This document shows, piece after piece, positions 10,276 to 22,058 of a DNA stretch of 64,000 nt. The notes under the pieces were generated by a model. The model ran no database searches. It was not told where the DNA came from and saw nothing but the letters and a program-made list of their open reading frames with translations. Source of the stretch: Escherichia phage vb_EcoM-VR5; the sequence record NC_028881.1; one strand, given 5' to 3'. The first letter of the stretch is position 1. Every line of letters starts with the position of its first letter. The translations under genes and the position numbers were made by a program.

Positions 10276-11283
10276 TTATTTGGATACTAATTCAATCCAC
10301 ACAGCTCGTAGCGTATCTTTAACACACTCAATGAGCTGCTTTTTAACTTCAACAGGATTTTCTGCATCGGTTAATTCTAATTCTTCACGGGACGCCTCTT
10401 CCAAAATATCTTGGACTGTTAGTCCCATTACCTTTCCGAAATCCTTAGGCGTTACTTCACCAATCTTACTGATAACATTGTTAATACGGTTAACAGTCAC
10501 ATAATCAGTGAATTGCCACATCAGGTCCATGTCATCTTGGGACAATACTACTACAGCCTTGATAGGCTTATCGGATTTTTTCTTCTCGCTGAATTTAGAG
10601 TTCTTACATTTAATCGCTACTCGATTTCCATTTGGAAGCCAGGTAGGAACATCAGGTTTCAGTACAAAGCCTTCAGCCGTAAATACTTTGCCTTCAACCT
10701 TTGGAATAAAATCAGTCGAGTTTGCGATAGTCAGGCCTGCATTATCCACCGCAAAATTGTAATCAGGAACCACAGAATCAAAATCATTAGGGAGCTTAAT
10801 AAGGTCTTCAAAGCTACCAGTAGCCAGACATGGAGCCACCTTAAACTTGTGGATAATACAGAAAGCTTCCATCAATGTATCAGTCAGAACAGATTCTGTG
10901 CCGTCGTCTTTAGTAACGCGGATATCGAACACATAAAAATCTTTATCACCATAATCCACATTCTTCTGAATACCTGAACCGGCGAACTCGCCATAAATCT
11001 GGTACGACTGATAATCAATCGATTCAATTAGATGCTGAACAGATTTAATAGAATCAGCATAATTCTTTAAAACAATTTCATAACCATAAAAGTCTTCAGC
11101 AGGAAGAATAGGGCCTGTGCGCTTAGCGCATGTGACTGCGTCACGTTCAATAATTAAACTAAAGTTCGTACCATGAATCTTCTCACGTGCTACCCACTCA
11201 CCATCGGTCATACCATGGGTACGGAGTTTTTCAATGAACTTATTGTTGTAGTGGTTTTCCAGACTGCTATATTTCTTGAACAT
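10276..11283 (-). CDS. rnlB: RNA ligase 2 (RnlB)
   Basis: 335 aa; N-terminus [19 protein letters not shown] matches T4 Rnl2 from memory; position after gene 24. Confidence 0.9.
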   Translation of the reverse strand: MFKKYSSLENHYNNKFIEKLRTHGMTDGEWVAREKIHGTNFSLIIERDAVTCAKRTGPILPAEDFYGYEIVLKNYADSIKSVQHLIESIDYQSYQIYGEFAGSGIQKNVDYGDKDFYVFDIRVTKDDGTESVLTDTLMEAFCIIHKFKVAPCLATGSFEDLIKLPNDFDSVVPDYNFAVDNAGLTIANSTDFIPKVEGKVFTAEGFVLKPDVPTWLPNGNRVAIKCKNSKFSEKKKSDKPIKAVVVLSQDDMDLMWQFTDYVTVNRINNVISKIGEVTPKDFGKVMGLTVQDILEEASREELELTDAENPVEVKKQLIECVKDTLRAVWIELVSK

Positions 11284-11362
11284 AAATCACCATAATAAAT
11301 ATAATTAAATAGAAGAGCTAGTAATCTTCTGTCACCAAGCCAAATGGTTTAACGGAAGGACC

Positions 11363-11400
11363 TAGACCCATTATAACACACCTAAATTTAAAGCATATTA
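11363..11400 (-). promoter_or_regulatory. Candidate MotA-dependent middle promoter for rnlB
   Basis: Minus strand TGCTTTA (MotA-box-like), about 13 nt, TATAAT (with preceding TGT), then GGGTCTAGGTCC. Confidence 0.4.
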
Positions 11401-11622
11401 CTTTAGACAAAAAACGCGCTTAGCGCCGACCTTTTTATTAACCAAACGTTTACGATACACTACTTTTTCTCGTGCTTTAAATTTCTCTTTGGCATTTTCA
11501 ACTTCAACCCAGGCCTTACCCATTTCTTTAGCAGTACCGCCTAAGAGCTTGGCTATTTCAATAAACGTCATACCGGATTCATGTAAAAAATGTACTTTAA
11601 CCTTATCCATAATGATTCCCAT
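11398..11622 (-). CDS. Hypothetical small basic protein
   Basis: 74-aa ORF (alternative start at 11610); occupies the T4 24.2/24.3 position. Confidence 0.4.
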   Translation of the reverse strand: MGIIMDKVKVHFLHESGMTFIEIAKLLGGTAKEMGKAWVEVENAKEKFKAREKVVYRKRLVNKKVGAKRVFCLK

Positions 11623-11760
11623 GTTGAGTTAGTGAAGCTATCTTAACATGGGATTTTTAACTTGTAAACAGGAGTTTTATGCCAGATATTCTTGAACGTA
11701 AAGATTTACTTTACATACCGCTAGTACCTTAATAAATATTAAATTAATAACGGGGGATTT

Positions 11761-13062
<1,302 letters not shown>

Positions 13063-13071
13063 GGACTACAA

Positions 13072-13890
13072 ATGGCTATTACATTAAGTCCATCTTCAAT
13101 AGACGTAGAATACGGTGACTCTTATACAGTCACTGCTAATATTCCAGATATTAGCCCTGGTTCATCTATTGTGTATAACTGGACTAAGAATAAAAAATTT
13201 ATTAGTTCCGGAACTAATGTATTCACTGAAATAGCATCATCGGTAGAAACATTCAGTATTGCGTGCCGAATTGAAATTATATCACCTGATAAAAACACTG
13301 AATATATTTTATCGGATTCTTGCTTGGTTAATGTTAGTAAAAACATAAAAGCGGACGGTATAAATTCTCAGCTAGTTTATTCACCGGATGTTCATAAAAT
13401 AGGTGACCAAGTTATTCTTTCTGTAGAATCCCACCATGTAGACCCTGGCTATATTAAAGGAGTTATTTGGAAAGATCCATCGGGTAATGTCGTGTCAATT
13501 GGTAAAGAATATACGCATAAGATTAAGACGACAGAAGATGTTGTAGATGTAAAAATAGATTTGGCTTCTGAAAATTATGCATATTACAATAAAACACTTC
13601 AAATTGTTCTTAAAGCTATTGAAGAAGATAATTCGGAGTGTAGTGTAAGATATATTCATCCTTTAGACCACAGGGATTCAGGATACATCTGGATGGGTTG
13701 GTGGGTTATGGACGAAATTGAAAGGGCTACGGTAGAAGGATTAAATTGGAAAGCGCCGGACGGTACTGACCTGAAGTATAAGTGCGACTTGAAAACTCTT
13801 TCTATAATGCTTGACTTATATAATAATGTTGAAGTACAAGAATCAAGGAATGGTTATATTCTAAACAGGGCAGATTTACTTCCAAAATAA
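13072..13890 (+). CDS. Hoc-like protein (Hoc-type C-terminal capsid-binding region, distinct N-terminus)
   Basis: 272 aa; C-terminus (IHPLDHRDSGYIWMGWWVMDEIE...VEVQESRNGYIL) closely parallels the C-terminus of the adjacent hoc product. Confidence 0.7.
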   Translation: MAITLSPSSIDVEYGDSYTVTANIPDISPGSSIVYNWTKNKKFISSGTNVFTEIASSVETFSIACRIEIISPDKNTEYILSDSCLVNVSKNIKADGINSQLVYSPDVHKIGDQVILSVESHHVDPGYIKGVIWKDPSGNVVSIGKEYTHKIKTTEDVVDVKIDLASENYAYYNKTLQIVLKAIEEDNSECSVRYIHPLDHRDSGYIWMGWWVMDEIERATVEGLNWKAPDGTDLKYKCDLKTLSIMLDLYNNVEVQESRNGYILNRADLLPK

Positions 13891-13893
13891 AAA

Positions 13894-13913
13894 GGGCCGC
13901 AAGGCCCTTTATC
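13894..13913. terminator. Hairpin GGGCC-GCAA-GGCCC between the Hoc-like gene and hoc
   Basis: Perfect 5-bp stem with GCAA loop and TTTAT, between convergent genes. Confidence 0.6.
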
Positions 13914-13914
13914 A

Positions 13915-15018
13915 TTAATAGACGTAATCGTATATAATACCAGCTTCCAATGCCGAACGGTGGACGATACGACCGTTACGAGATTCCTGTACATCAACTT
14001 CCGGGTAATCACTAAGCATTTTGGCTAATACCGCCAGATGACAATAATATGGTGTATTCTCTTTAGTGGCTTTTTTCCAATCTGTACTTTCAGATGTTAA
14101 TTTCTGAATGGCGTCCATAACCCACCAACCACACCAAATATACGCAGTACTACGAACAGGAAGTGGATGTACATAAATTAAAGGACATTCTTCTGGAACA
14201 ACAGGCTCTGCTTCTGCCACCGTAACAGACTTATTACCTGATTTAACTGAATTTGTAAAGCCTGTTTGCGATGCTGTAACTTCACAAGTATATGACTTCA
14301 AGCCTTCAGTGGATTCCGTTATTGCTCTTGTTGCTTCTGTTGAGTTGTCGTCCCATTTATATGCAAGAGTAGCGCCAGGAATAGCAGGGGACACAGAAGC
14401 TGTCAAATTGAATGGAACATCAACCGTCGCAGTAGACGGGCCTGAAATCTCAACAGTGAACTCAGGAAATGTATTGTTTTCGACCGTAACAACTACTGCA
14501 TCAGGATTAATAACTTGATTGTCATAATCTGCCGCAGAAACGGTAATTTGGCAAGTTAAAGAAACCGGTCCTGCAACAGTAGCGGTACGAGTAATATCTT
14601 TAGTAGTTTCACCAGTAGACCACAAATATGCTATTGTAGCTCCACCTGGTTCACCTGTTACATTAGCCGAAGCGTTATATTCCTGACCAACTTTAACAGT
14701 AGGAGTGGAAGTTGTTAATGTTGCAGTTGCAGCCATAGTCTTATTATTAACCGTGATGGTTGTTTGAGCCTCTGCCGTTTCAGGCTCTCCTTCTTCCGGC
14801 GTTGTGGTGGCAACAACTTTAATTACTTTTGAACCTGCTGGCCCAGCTGCAATATAATCCATAGTAGCAATAACAGAATCTTGTGGAACATCATCAACGG
14901 TCCATACAAAAGATTCGGTACCAGCGACAGCGGCTCCAGCTCCAGTGGCAGTAAAATTAGTTGTTGCACCTATAACCGCTGTAGGTGTTAAAGGGGCAAT
15001 TGATACAGTATAAGCCAT
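13915..15018 (-). CDS. hoc: Highly immunogenic outer capsid protein Hoc
   Basis: 367 aa; N-terminus and the C-terminal YVHPLP.RS.AYIWCGWWVMD.IQK...DYPEVDVQESRNG motif match T4 Hoc from memory. Confidence 0.85.
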   Translation of the reverse strand: MAYTVSIAPLTPTAVIGATTNFTATGAGAAVAGTESFVWTVDDVPQDSVIATMDYIAAGPAGSKVIKVVATTTPEEGEPETAEAQTTITVNNKTMAATATLTTSTPTVKVGQEYNASANVTGEPGGATIAYLWSTGETTKDITRTATVAGPVSLTCQITVSAADYDNQVINPDAVVVTVENNTFPEFTVEISGPSTATVDVPFNLTASVSPAIPGATLAYKWDDNSTEATRAITESTEGLKSYTCEVTASQTGFTNSVKSGNKSVTVAEAEPVVPEECPLIYVHPLPVRSTAYIWCGWWVMDAIQKLTSESTDWKKATKENTPYYCHLAVLAKMLSDYPEVDVQESRNGRIVHRSALEAGIIYDYVY

Positions 15019-15044
15019 AAAATCTCCAAAAGGCCCTAGTGGCC

Positions 15045-15728
15045 TTAGTTTAAACGAATAAAAGATGAGTTACGTGTTTCACGAATAAGAATGGAACCGT
15101 CACGATTGATATAGTAAATCAAACTAAACAATGTTTGGTGTGCGCTTGCATGAGTAAAAGAAGTAGGGCGTTCTTTCCAGTCCGGGGTCTCTTTAATCCA
15201 CTGGTAAATCCACCAAGGAAGAGTACAATAACCTGGGGCTTTGCCCAGCATAAGCAGATTAGGACTAAAATTTTCAGGTAATTTAAATTTAGGGTTTTCA
15301 GATTCAACAATCTTAGATACCGCTTCTTCGAACTTCTCTTCAACAAAAGGAGTTTCAACAACAGCTATTTCAACTGTTTCTGGGATATCTTTGATTTCAA
15401 TAACTTCAACAGGTTCGGCAGGGGCCGTCGGAGCGTCAAATAATAATTTAGCTTCAATTTTAGATTCTTCAACATTTGCCAGGTGAGCATTAGTGCCCTG
15501 AAGCTCATCGTCGGCATCGATTAAATCAGTAATAGATAAACCTTCAGTTTCAGGTATAGGTTCATCTGCTATAGCCTTAAGGGCTTCAGCGATGTCTATT
15601 ACCAAGTTGTCAAAACTTTTAGTTTTCTTAAGTTTTAAACCGAACTGTTCGCCGTATTCGATTAACTTAGCTTTAGCTTCTTTTTTATCTTCGAGTGAAC
15701 GAAGCTCTTCAATATATTGAGTATCCAT
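15045..15728 (-). CDS. inh: Inh-like protein (prohead protease inhibitor position)
   Basis: 227 aa, acidic, directly downstream of hoc on the same strand as in T4; C-terminus shows a weaker Hoc-like W-rich motif. Confidence 0.55.
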   Translation of the reverse strand: MDTQYIEELRSLEDKKEAKAKLIEYGEQFGLKLKKTKSFDNLVIDIAEALKAIADEPIPETEGLSITDLIDADDELQGTNAHLANVEESKIEAKLLFDAPTAPAEPVEVIEIKDIPETVEIAVVETPFVEEKFEEAVSKIVESENPKFKLPENFSPNLLMLGKAPGYCTLPWWIYQWIKETPDWKERPTSFTHASAHQTLFSLIYYINRDGSILIRETRNSSFIRLN

Positions 15729-15747
15729 AATTAGTCTCTTGTTGGTG

Positions 15748-15755
15748 TATAAATA
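15748..15755 (+). promoter_or_regulatory. T4-type late promoter (TATAAATA) for uvsW
   Basis: Exact TATAAATA about 29 nt upstream of the uvsW ATG. Confidence 0.6.
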
Positions 15756-15783
15756 TAACTATATTTATAACTGAGAATTAGAC

Positions 15784-17280
15784 ATGCAAATTCAAGTACA
15801 TTTTGATAATTTTAGTCATGTTCGTATTGAGTGTGATGAATCCACATTCTACGAACTTAGAGACTATTTCAGTTTTGAAGCTGATGGATACAAATTTAAC
15901 CCTAAATATCGTTATGGTCAATGGGACGGGAGAATTCGTCTTCTAGATTATAACCGTAAACTTCCATACGGTTTAGTCCCACAAATTAAAAAATTCGCTG
16001 ACCAGTTTGAATACTCTCTTTGGATAGACCCTCGTATTCTTGAACAAGAAGATATTTCTCGTGAAGATTTTGACTCATGGGTGGCTTCCCAGGAAATTTA
16101 TTCGGGTTCTACCAAGATTGAGCCTCATTGGTATCAGAGTGAAGCAGTATACAACGGCCTGACAAAACGTCGTGCAATTCTGAATTTACCTACATCTGCA
16201 GGTAAATCATTGATTCAGGCGCTCCTGAGTCGATATTACGTTGAGAACTATGAAGGTAAAATTTTAATCCTTGTCCCAACTACTGCACTCGTCGACCAGA
16301 TGATTAATGACTTCATCGATTATCGCTTGTTCCCTAAATCTGCTATGCTTGGTATTCGTTCAGGTACTGCACGTGATTCAGATGCAATGATTTATGTTTC
16401 AACTTATCAGACTGCTATTAAACAACCTAAAGAATGGTTTGCCCAGTTTGGTATGTTTATGAACGATGAATGTCATTTGGCTACAGGTAAATCAATTTCT
16501 ACTATTATCGAAGGCCTTACCAATTGTATGTTTAAATTTGGTTTGTCTGGTTCTTTAAAAGATGGTAAAGCTAACCTTATGCAATACATGGGTTTGTTTG
16601 GTGATATTTTTAAACCCGTTTCCACCTCCCAATTAATGGAAGAAGGACAGGTCACTGATTTAAAAATAAACAGTATTTTCCTTCGTTACCCTGATGAATT
16701 CACCATTAAGATGAAAGGTAAAGATTACCAATCAGAAATTAAAGTCATTACTAAGGCTACTCGTCGTAATAAATGGGTTGCTAATTTAGCTGTTAAACTC
16801 GCTAAGAAAGAAGAGAATGTATTCTTGATGTTTAAAAACATCGAGCATGGTAAAACTCTTTTTGAAATGGTTAAAGAGCAACATAAAGAAGTTTATTACG
16901 TATCAGGCGAAGTTAATACAGAAACTCGTAATGCTCTTAAGTTAATGGCTGAAAATGGTAAGGGTATTATTGTTGTGGCAAGTTATGGTGTATTTTCTAC
17001 AGGTATTTCTGTTAAGAATCTCCATCACGTAATATTTGCCCATCCTGTAAAATCTAAAATTATTGTGCTGCAAACCATCGGTCGTGTACTTCGTAAACAT
17101 GCATCCAAGACCACCGCACAGGTTTGGGATATTATAGACGACATGGGCGTTAAGCCTAAATCAGCAAATGCCAAAAAGAAGTATGTTCATTTGAATTATG
17201 CATTAAAACATGCCTTAGAACGTATTCAACGTTATGCTGACGAAAAATTTAATTACGTAATGAAACAGGTGGATTTATGA
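15784..17280 (+). CDS. uvsW: UvsW DNA/RNA helicase
   Basis: 498 aa; N-terminus VHF.DFSHVRI.C.ESTF.ELRD.FSFEADGY.FNP matches T4 UvsW from memory; late promoter at 15748-15755. Confidence 0.9.
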   Translation: MQIQVHFDNFSHVRIECDESTFYELRDYFSFEADGYKFNPKYRYGQWDGRIRLLDYNRKLPYGLVPQIKKFADQFEYSLWIDPRILEQEDISREDFDSWVASQEIYSGSTKIEPHWYQSEAVYNGLTKRRAILNLPTSAGKSLIQALLSRYYVENYEGKILILVPTTALVDQMINDFIDYRLFPKSAMLGIRSGTARDSDAMIYVSTYQTAIKQPKEWFAQFGMFMNDECHLATGKSISTIIEGLTNCMFKFGLSGSLKDGKANLMQYMGLFGDIFKPVSTSQLMEEGQVTDLKINSIFLRYPDEFTIKMKGKDYQSEIKVITKATRRNKWVANLAVKLAKKEENVFLMFKNIEHGKTLFEMVKEQHKEVYYVSGEVNTETRNALKLMAENGKGIIVVASYGVFSTGISVKNLHHVIFAHPVKSKIIVLQTIGRVLRKHASKTTAQVWDIIDDMGVKPKSANAKKKYVHLNYALKHALERIQRYADEKFNYVMKQVDL

Positions 17281-17504
17281 AGTCCTTTAAAGAAGTTATC
17301 TATGAAGCCTCTATCGAGAGCTTCATGTCTAAAATTAGTTCTTGCCAAACCATGGACGGTTTGGAGGAATTGGAGAAGTATTACAAAACCCGAAGTAAAG
17401 AAGCCGAACTTCGTGATTCGGATGATATCAGTGTCCGTGATGCCCTAGCAGGTAAACGATCTGAATTAGAATCTATGGATGATGACGAAGAAGAAGAGTT
17501 CTAA
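17277..17504 (+). CDS. uvsW.1: UvsW.1-like small acidic protein
   Basis: 75 aa, start overlaps the uvsW stop; acidic C-terminus. Confidence 0.6.
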   Translation: MKSFKEVIYEASIESFMSKISSCQTMDGLEELEKYYKTRSKEAELRDSDDISVRDALAGKRSELESMDDDEEEEF

Positions 17505-17567
17505 AACAAAAAAAGGCCCAACCTTTCGGAAGGGCCAATAACCATAAAAATGGCTATACACACTAGA

Positions 17568-17735
17568 CTAAAGCAATAATTGTGTTTCGTTCAGCTGTTC
17601 TTCAGTGTTTTCCGTAACAGGCATGCTTTGAACGTAATTATAACATGGACCTGGATGAACCGGACCTTTTTCTGTTTCAACAACCAATGCAGCATCGATT
17701 GGAGTTTTACAGACAACGCAAATCTTATCTGACAT
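17568..17735 (-). CDS. Small Cys-containing protein (uvsY.-2 position)
   Basis: 55-aa ORF found by hand (below the ORF-track cutoff), MSDKICVVCKTP...; strong AAGGAG site 6 nt before the ATG. Confidence 0.45.
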   Translation of the reverse strand: MSDKICVVCKTPIDAALVVETEKGPVHPGPCYNYVQSMPVTENTEEQLNETQLLL

Positions 17736-17875
17736 GATTGTCTCCTTAGTTTATCTTACATATCTATTTATTACTCTTCATAATAGCAGCACGAGCTTTC
17801 ATCTCATTAACAATTTCGGTTATTCGGTTTGCAGAGATAACCATCTCGTCGAGAATCTTACTAATATTTTTTCAT

Positions 17876-18109
17876 TTAACTTTCCTTAAAGTATCTCATA
17901 CCCGTATCTATCCCCATATTGTGAGAATAGAACGCATCATCGATGTATCCTGCAAATTTACCTTTAACATAGATAACATCTTCACCACAAGGGTGGTCAG
18001 CGCAGATACGAATATCTGCACGATTCAATTTCCATTCCTTCATCATATACTTAATTTCTTCTTCGAACTCTTCGTCTTGGTTAAACGCATCGTCGATAGA
18101 ATATCGCAT
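17876..18109 (-). CDS. Hypothetical protein (uvsY.-1 position)
   Basis: 77 aa; its start overlaps the uvsY stop. Confidence 0.5.
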   Translation of the reverse strand: MRYSIDDAFNQDEEFEEEIKYMMKEWKLNRADIRICADHPCGEDVIYVKGKFAGYIDDAFYSHNMGIDTGMRYFKES

Positions 18110-18543
18110 TACTTGCCTGCCTCAAATTGTCTCATCTCATGCATTGTCTTAAGGTTAAAACCCCGTGCCTTAATAGCATCTAATGCCGAACTACAAAAGT
18201 CTTGTAATAAAGCCCAATACTGGATTGATGTATCGATTTTAATTACGCTTGAATCCGCAGCCATTACGGTCTTTAATTCCGACTTCTCGTACTGGTCCAT
18301 ACAAACCTCATCACCAGGCTCTCCACGTCCCGTGTAGAAATCTAATCTCTTCTTAAGAGAGGTCTTTTTCTGGATTTCTAATCGCATTATCTCTTTCTTA
18401 CAATTCGTATATAGTCTTAGCCATTTGCTGTGCAGCAAAACGTTGTTCTGTACTTCATACTGTAAACGAGTCCCATCAATCTTTAAATCTTCATCTAATG
18501 CATCTTGGAACGATTCTAATTTATATTCAATCTCTTTACTCAT
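18109..18543 (-). CDS. uvsY: Recombination mediator UvsY
   Basis: Sequence from the internal Met (MSKEIEYK...LQYE..NNV.L.SKWL...GFNLK...FEAGK) matches T4 UvsY from memory; the track ORF is extended upstream to 18609. Confidence 0.9.
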   Translation of the reverse strand: MSKEIEYKLESFQDALDEDLKIDGTRLQYEVQNNVLLHSKWLRLYTNCKKEIMRLEIQKKTSLKKRLDFYTGRGEPGDEVCMDQYEKSELKTVMAADSSVIKIDTSIQYWALLQDFCSSALDAIKARGFNLKTMHEMRQFEAGK

Positions 18544-18601
18544 AGCATGTTTCCTGTTGAATGACCGTAGGACCATTATACACCATTTGTTTGTACAGCA
18601 A

Positions 18602-18991
18602 TTAACCACTCTGTGAGAGCTGGATTCTAATTTGCTCTAATGTGTCCGGGTCGTCAACAATACTAAACTGGACTGTTACTATAATAGAGTTGTCATCATA
18701 AACAGGGGTTACACCTACAGCAAGAGCAGAAATTCTGGGTTCGAAGTTCCGCACGGCGGAAACTATATTACGCTTAATGGTATCTGTTATTAATGGGGTA
18801 ATATTCTCAAACAACTGATTGCTAATATCACATCCAAATTCAGGCATAAAAGGGCGAGAACCTTTACGAGTAGTAATAATGCCTAACAAACTATTTTTTA
18901 CTGCACGGGACCCTGTAGCTTTAGCGACGTCTCTATTCCAAGACGTCCTCATTTCGGGGTCCAAATCTGAATACATTTTATTGATATTCAT
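18602..18991 (-). CDS. 25: Baseplate wedge protein gp25
   Basis: 129 aa; size, position and sequence character consistent with T4 gp25. Confidence 0.85.
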   Translation of the reverse strand: MNINKMYSDLDPEMRTSWNRDVAKATGSRAVKNSLLGIITTRKGSRPFMPEFGCDISNQLFENITPLITDTIKRNIVSAVRNFEPRISALAVGVTPVYDDNSIIVTVQFSIVDDPDTLEQIRIQLSQSG

Positions 18992-19614
18992 TACATCACC
19001 TTAAAGAACTCTTTAAGTCCCTCAATAACGTGGACGGTGTGCTCACCACATTCACAAGAAATAGGTATAGCCAAAATAGGCTTAGGGGCGACTAGAGCGT
19101 CATAAACTTCTTTTATATCTTTTTCTGTTATCACAGAATAAAGGTCATCTAGTTCCGCATCACTTAAATCGGAAAGAAGAAGCTTTTCGCCTGCAGAAGT
19201 TAAAATATAATCGATACACCCTGCGACCATCATAGCTCTATTTTTGTCTTCAAAGAGTTTAGGATATCTGAACACAATTTTAAAGTTACCAAAGTCCTTA
19301 ATAACATCAGGCTCTTTACCTAATGTAGCGCGAGTTAATGTCATAGGGACAACCTGTGAGCGACCACAACTACAAACCCACTCACGTTCTATATTCACTT
19401 CAGCTAATGAATGGGCCCACAGGTTTATCACCAGGAGATCAGATTCTTGCTTGTTTAAATCACGAGCATCTGTGCAATTCAAAATGAGTTCATTGATAAA
19501 GGACTCTATTCTGTCTTCTAATTTAGCTTGGAGCAAGTCCTTATACTCTCTGAGGGTAAATGCTCTGCATTTTATAGTCTTGTTTTTAATTTTTACATCA
19601 AAAGTATAATTCAT
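18991..19614 (-). CDS. 26: Baseplate hub protein gp26
   Basis: 207 aa; transcribed divergently from gene 51 as in T4. Confidence 0.8.
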   Translation of the reverse strand: MNYTFDVKIKNKTIKCRAFTLREYKDLLQAKLEDRIESFINELILNCTDARDLNKQESDLLVINLWAHSLAEVNIEREWVCSCGRSQVVPMTLTRATLGKEPDVIKDFGNFKIVFRYPKLFEDKNRAMMVAGCIDYILTSAGEKLLLSDLSDAELDDLYSVITEKDIKEVYDALVAPKPILAIPISCECGEHTVHVIEGLKEFFKVM

Positions 19615-19636
19615 TGTCTTCTCCTTTAAGCTTATT

Positions 19637-19644
19637 TATAAATA
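19637..19644 (+). promoter_or_regulatory. T4-type late promoter (TATAAATA) for gene 51
   Basis: Exact TATAAATA about 21 nt upstream of the gp51 ATG. Confidence 0.6.
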
Positions 19645-19664
19645 CATCAATAAGAGGATACCTT

Positions 19665-20417
19665 ATGGCTAATATAGTACGTTGCGAAATGCCTGATGGA
19701 GTCCACCGATTTAAACCTTTTACCGTAGCTGATTATCGTGATTTTATTTTGATTCGAAATGATATGAATAACAAATCACCTGAAGAGCAAAAACAAATTT
19801 TAGATGAGTTACTAGAAGAATATTTCGGTGAGTACCCTATGTCATGGCGACCATACATGTTTATTGAACTGTATACGTCATCTCTCGGCAAGACCAAAAT
19901 TCCTATCCGTTACACTTGCAGTAAGTGTGAAAAAGATAGACAAGTTTTATTTAATTTGAAGCAGACTAAGTTAGATAACCCTACAATTGAAGTGGCTGGC
20001 TTGAAACTGACCTTCAAATTCCCTGAAATAGAATATCATGATAAATCTGAATTGATTTTGAATACCCTCCAAACCGTAGAAGATGAAAACGGGGTTTATA
20101 ATTGGGTAGACCTTTCTGAAGAGGACCAGTTAGCTGTAATAGATGCTATAGACTTATCTACTTTAGAGGATATAGTCAAACAAACCAGCCCTATTCATTT
20201 CGAACTCAAGTATGGATGCTGTAATCGTAGAACAATTACGTATACCGATATTTTAGAAGTGTTTAAGCTTATAGTCAATCCGGATGAGATATTTTTATTT
20301 TACCAAATAAACCATTTACTGGTAAAGAACAATTATTCGTTAGAAAGCATTATGCAGATGATTCCAATCGAACGCGGTATTGCTTTGTCTTTGGTTGAAA
20401 AGGACCTTAAGAAATGA
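19665..20417 (+). CDS. 51: Baseplate hub assembly protein gp51
   Basis: About 250 aa from the ATG at 19665 (AAGAGGA site upstream); the track ORF starts at an upstream TTG; late promoter at 19637-19644. Confidence 0.8.
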   Translation: MANIVRCEMPDGVHRFKPFTVADYRDFILIRNDMNNKSPEEQKQILDELLEEYFGEYPMSWRPYMFIELYTSSLGKTKIPIRYTCSKCEKDRQVLFNLKQTKLDNPTIEVAGLKLTFKFPEIEYHDKSELILNTLQTVEDENGVYNWVDLSEEDQLAVIDAIDLSTLEDIVKQTSPIHFELKYGCCNRRTITYTDILEVFKLIVNPDEIFLFYQINHLLVKNNYSLESIMQMIPIERGIALSLVEKDLKK

Positions 20418-21583
20418 GTTCAAAAACTATGCAGCGTGAAGGCTTTCCTAATATTAGTATACGCCTTTACGAAGATTATGACGCCTGGTTAGAGCATCGT
20501 TTTGTTGAACTAGGCGCGACATTTACTACCCTAACAATGCGAGACGGGCTTTACGGTAGTAATGAAGGATTGCTCCAGTTTTATGATGCAAAAAACCTTC
20601 ATACCAAAATGGATGGTGAACAGATTATCCAAGTTTCCGTTAAGAACGCCAACTCAGAACGTACCCAATCAAGAATTTATGGAACCAAGCATTTTGCCGT
20701 AGGAGTGGATTCTAAGGGCGATAATATCATAACAATACAACTCGCCCCGATCCACTTTTTAGAAAATCTTAAATTCGGACGTATGTTTTTCCCTAGTGTT
20801 CAAGAAACATTAACTGAAATGATTGGGGTTATTTACCAGGACCGACCGCTTCTTGCCCCACCACTGAACGGGATAAACGTTTATGTTCCTAATGTCCCGT
20901 GGTGTGATTCTATGGATAGATATATGGAGTTTGTACGAGAAGTCGGTATGGCCGTTGAATCTGATAAATTTGTATTTGTTTGGGAAGATATAGATGGTAT
21001 TTCTATTATGGACTACGAATTTATGGTTAATCAAGAGCCGATCAATTTTGTAGTAGGTGAGCCTCGTTTAATAGGACAGTATGTCCAAGATATGGACACT
21101 CCTATTGCATTTGATTTTGAGTGGCTAACTAAAGCTAACCAACATAGCCGAAAACCATACGAAAACGCCACAGTATACGCCCATTCGTTCTTAGATAAAA
21201 ACGCTACACGAATTACTTTTGGAGACGGGCAAAACAGTATATTAGTTTCTCGTTCCGGTGGATATTCTGATTATACATATCGAAACGGATTTGAAGAAGC
21301 CGATAGATTAGTTACTATGGCCCAGTATGATGGATATGCTCATTGCAAGGTATACGGGAACTTTGAATTAACCCCAGGTGATAAGATTAATTTCTATGAC
21401 CCTAAAAACCAATTCCAGTACGATTTTTATGTAGACGAAGTTATTCATGAAGTGAGTAACAATACATCAATTACAAACCTTTATATGTTTACCAATGGTA
21501 AGCCTATTAAGATTGAAGAACCACCGAAGGTTAAAAATGAACTTAAAACTGATACTCCCGATCAAGAAAATAACGCTGGGTGA
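20414..21583 (+). CDS. 27: Baseplate hub protein gp27
   Basis: 389 aa; size and order 51-27-28-29 as in T4. Confidence 0.85.
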   Translation: MSSKTMQREGFPNISIRLYEDYDAWLEHRFVELGATFTTLTMRDGLYGSNEGLLQFYDAKNLHTKMDGEQIIQVSVKNANSERTQSRIYGTKHFAVGVDSKGDNIITIQLAPIHFLENLKFGRMFFPSVQETLTEMIGVIYQDRPLLAPPLNGINVYVPNVPWCDSMDRYMEFVREVGMAVESDKFVFVWEDIDGISIMDYEFMVNQEPINFVVGEPRLIGQYVQDMDTPIAFDFEWLTKANQHSRKPYENATVYAHSFLDKNATRITFGDGQNSILVSRSGGYSDYTYRNGFEEADRLVTMAQYDGYAHCKVYGNFELTPGDKINFYDPKNQFQYDFYVDEVIHEVSNNTSITNLYMFTNGKPIKIEEPPKVKNELKTDTPDQENNAG

Positions 21584-22058
21584 TAAAGAGATTTCTATTC
21601 CTAAATTAGGTCTTAAACACCAGAAATTGGTTAAAGATGAAAAGGACCCTTATAAAGCTCTTCATATATTAATGGATTCCATTTATAAGGGTTTAACTGC
21701 AGCAGAAACTGATTTTGCTGCACTCCATCTTTTAGAATTCAACGGACGGCTAAAAGAAAAAGTAACCAAAGACGGGTTTACATATAATCTAAATGACCTT
21801 TATATCTGTCAACGTCTTGAATTCCAATTCCAAGGTAAAACGTTTAAATTTAAATCACACAATCCATTCCAAACATTTGGTCCTGTTGATAGTGTACTAC
21901 AATCTCTTTATCTTGGTGATGATGTACCAGATTTTCTGGATATGCCTGCCTTTGTTGCGACATGGGCCGACGATATAACTTCTACTGTAGCTATCCCTGG
22001 TCCTAATGGTCCTATTAAAGGATTGCTTAAAATCATGGATATCTTAAATGAAGAATGA
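21537..22058 (+). CDS. 28: Baseplate hub distal protein gp28
   Basis: About 173 aa from the internal ATG at 21537 (GAAGG site upstream), overlapping the gp27 end. Confidence 0.7.
   Translation: MNLKLILPIKKITLGDKEISIPKLGLKHQKLVKDEKDPYKALHILMDSIYKGLTAAETDFAALHLLEFNGRLKEKVTKDGFTYNLNDLYICQRLEFQFQGKTFKFKSHNPFQTFGPVDSVLQSLYLGDDVPDFLDMPAFVATWADDITSTVAIPGPNGPIKGLLKIMDILNEE

Noticed and set aside
17561-17600. MotA-box-like TGCTTTA on the minus strand inside the uvsY.-2 region
   Set aside because: The downstream -10 candidate (TATAGC) is poor and the element lies within a coding region; insufficient support for a promoter.
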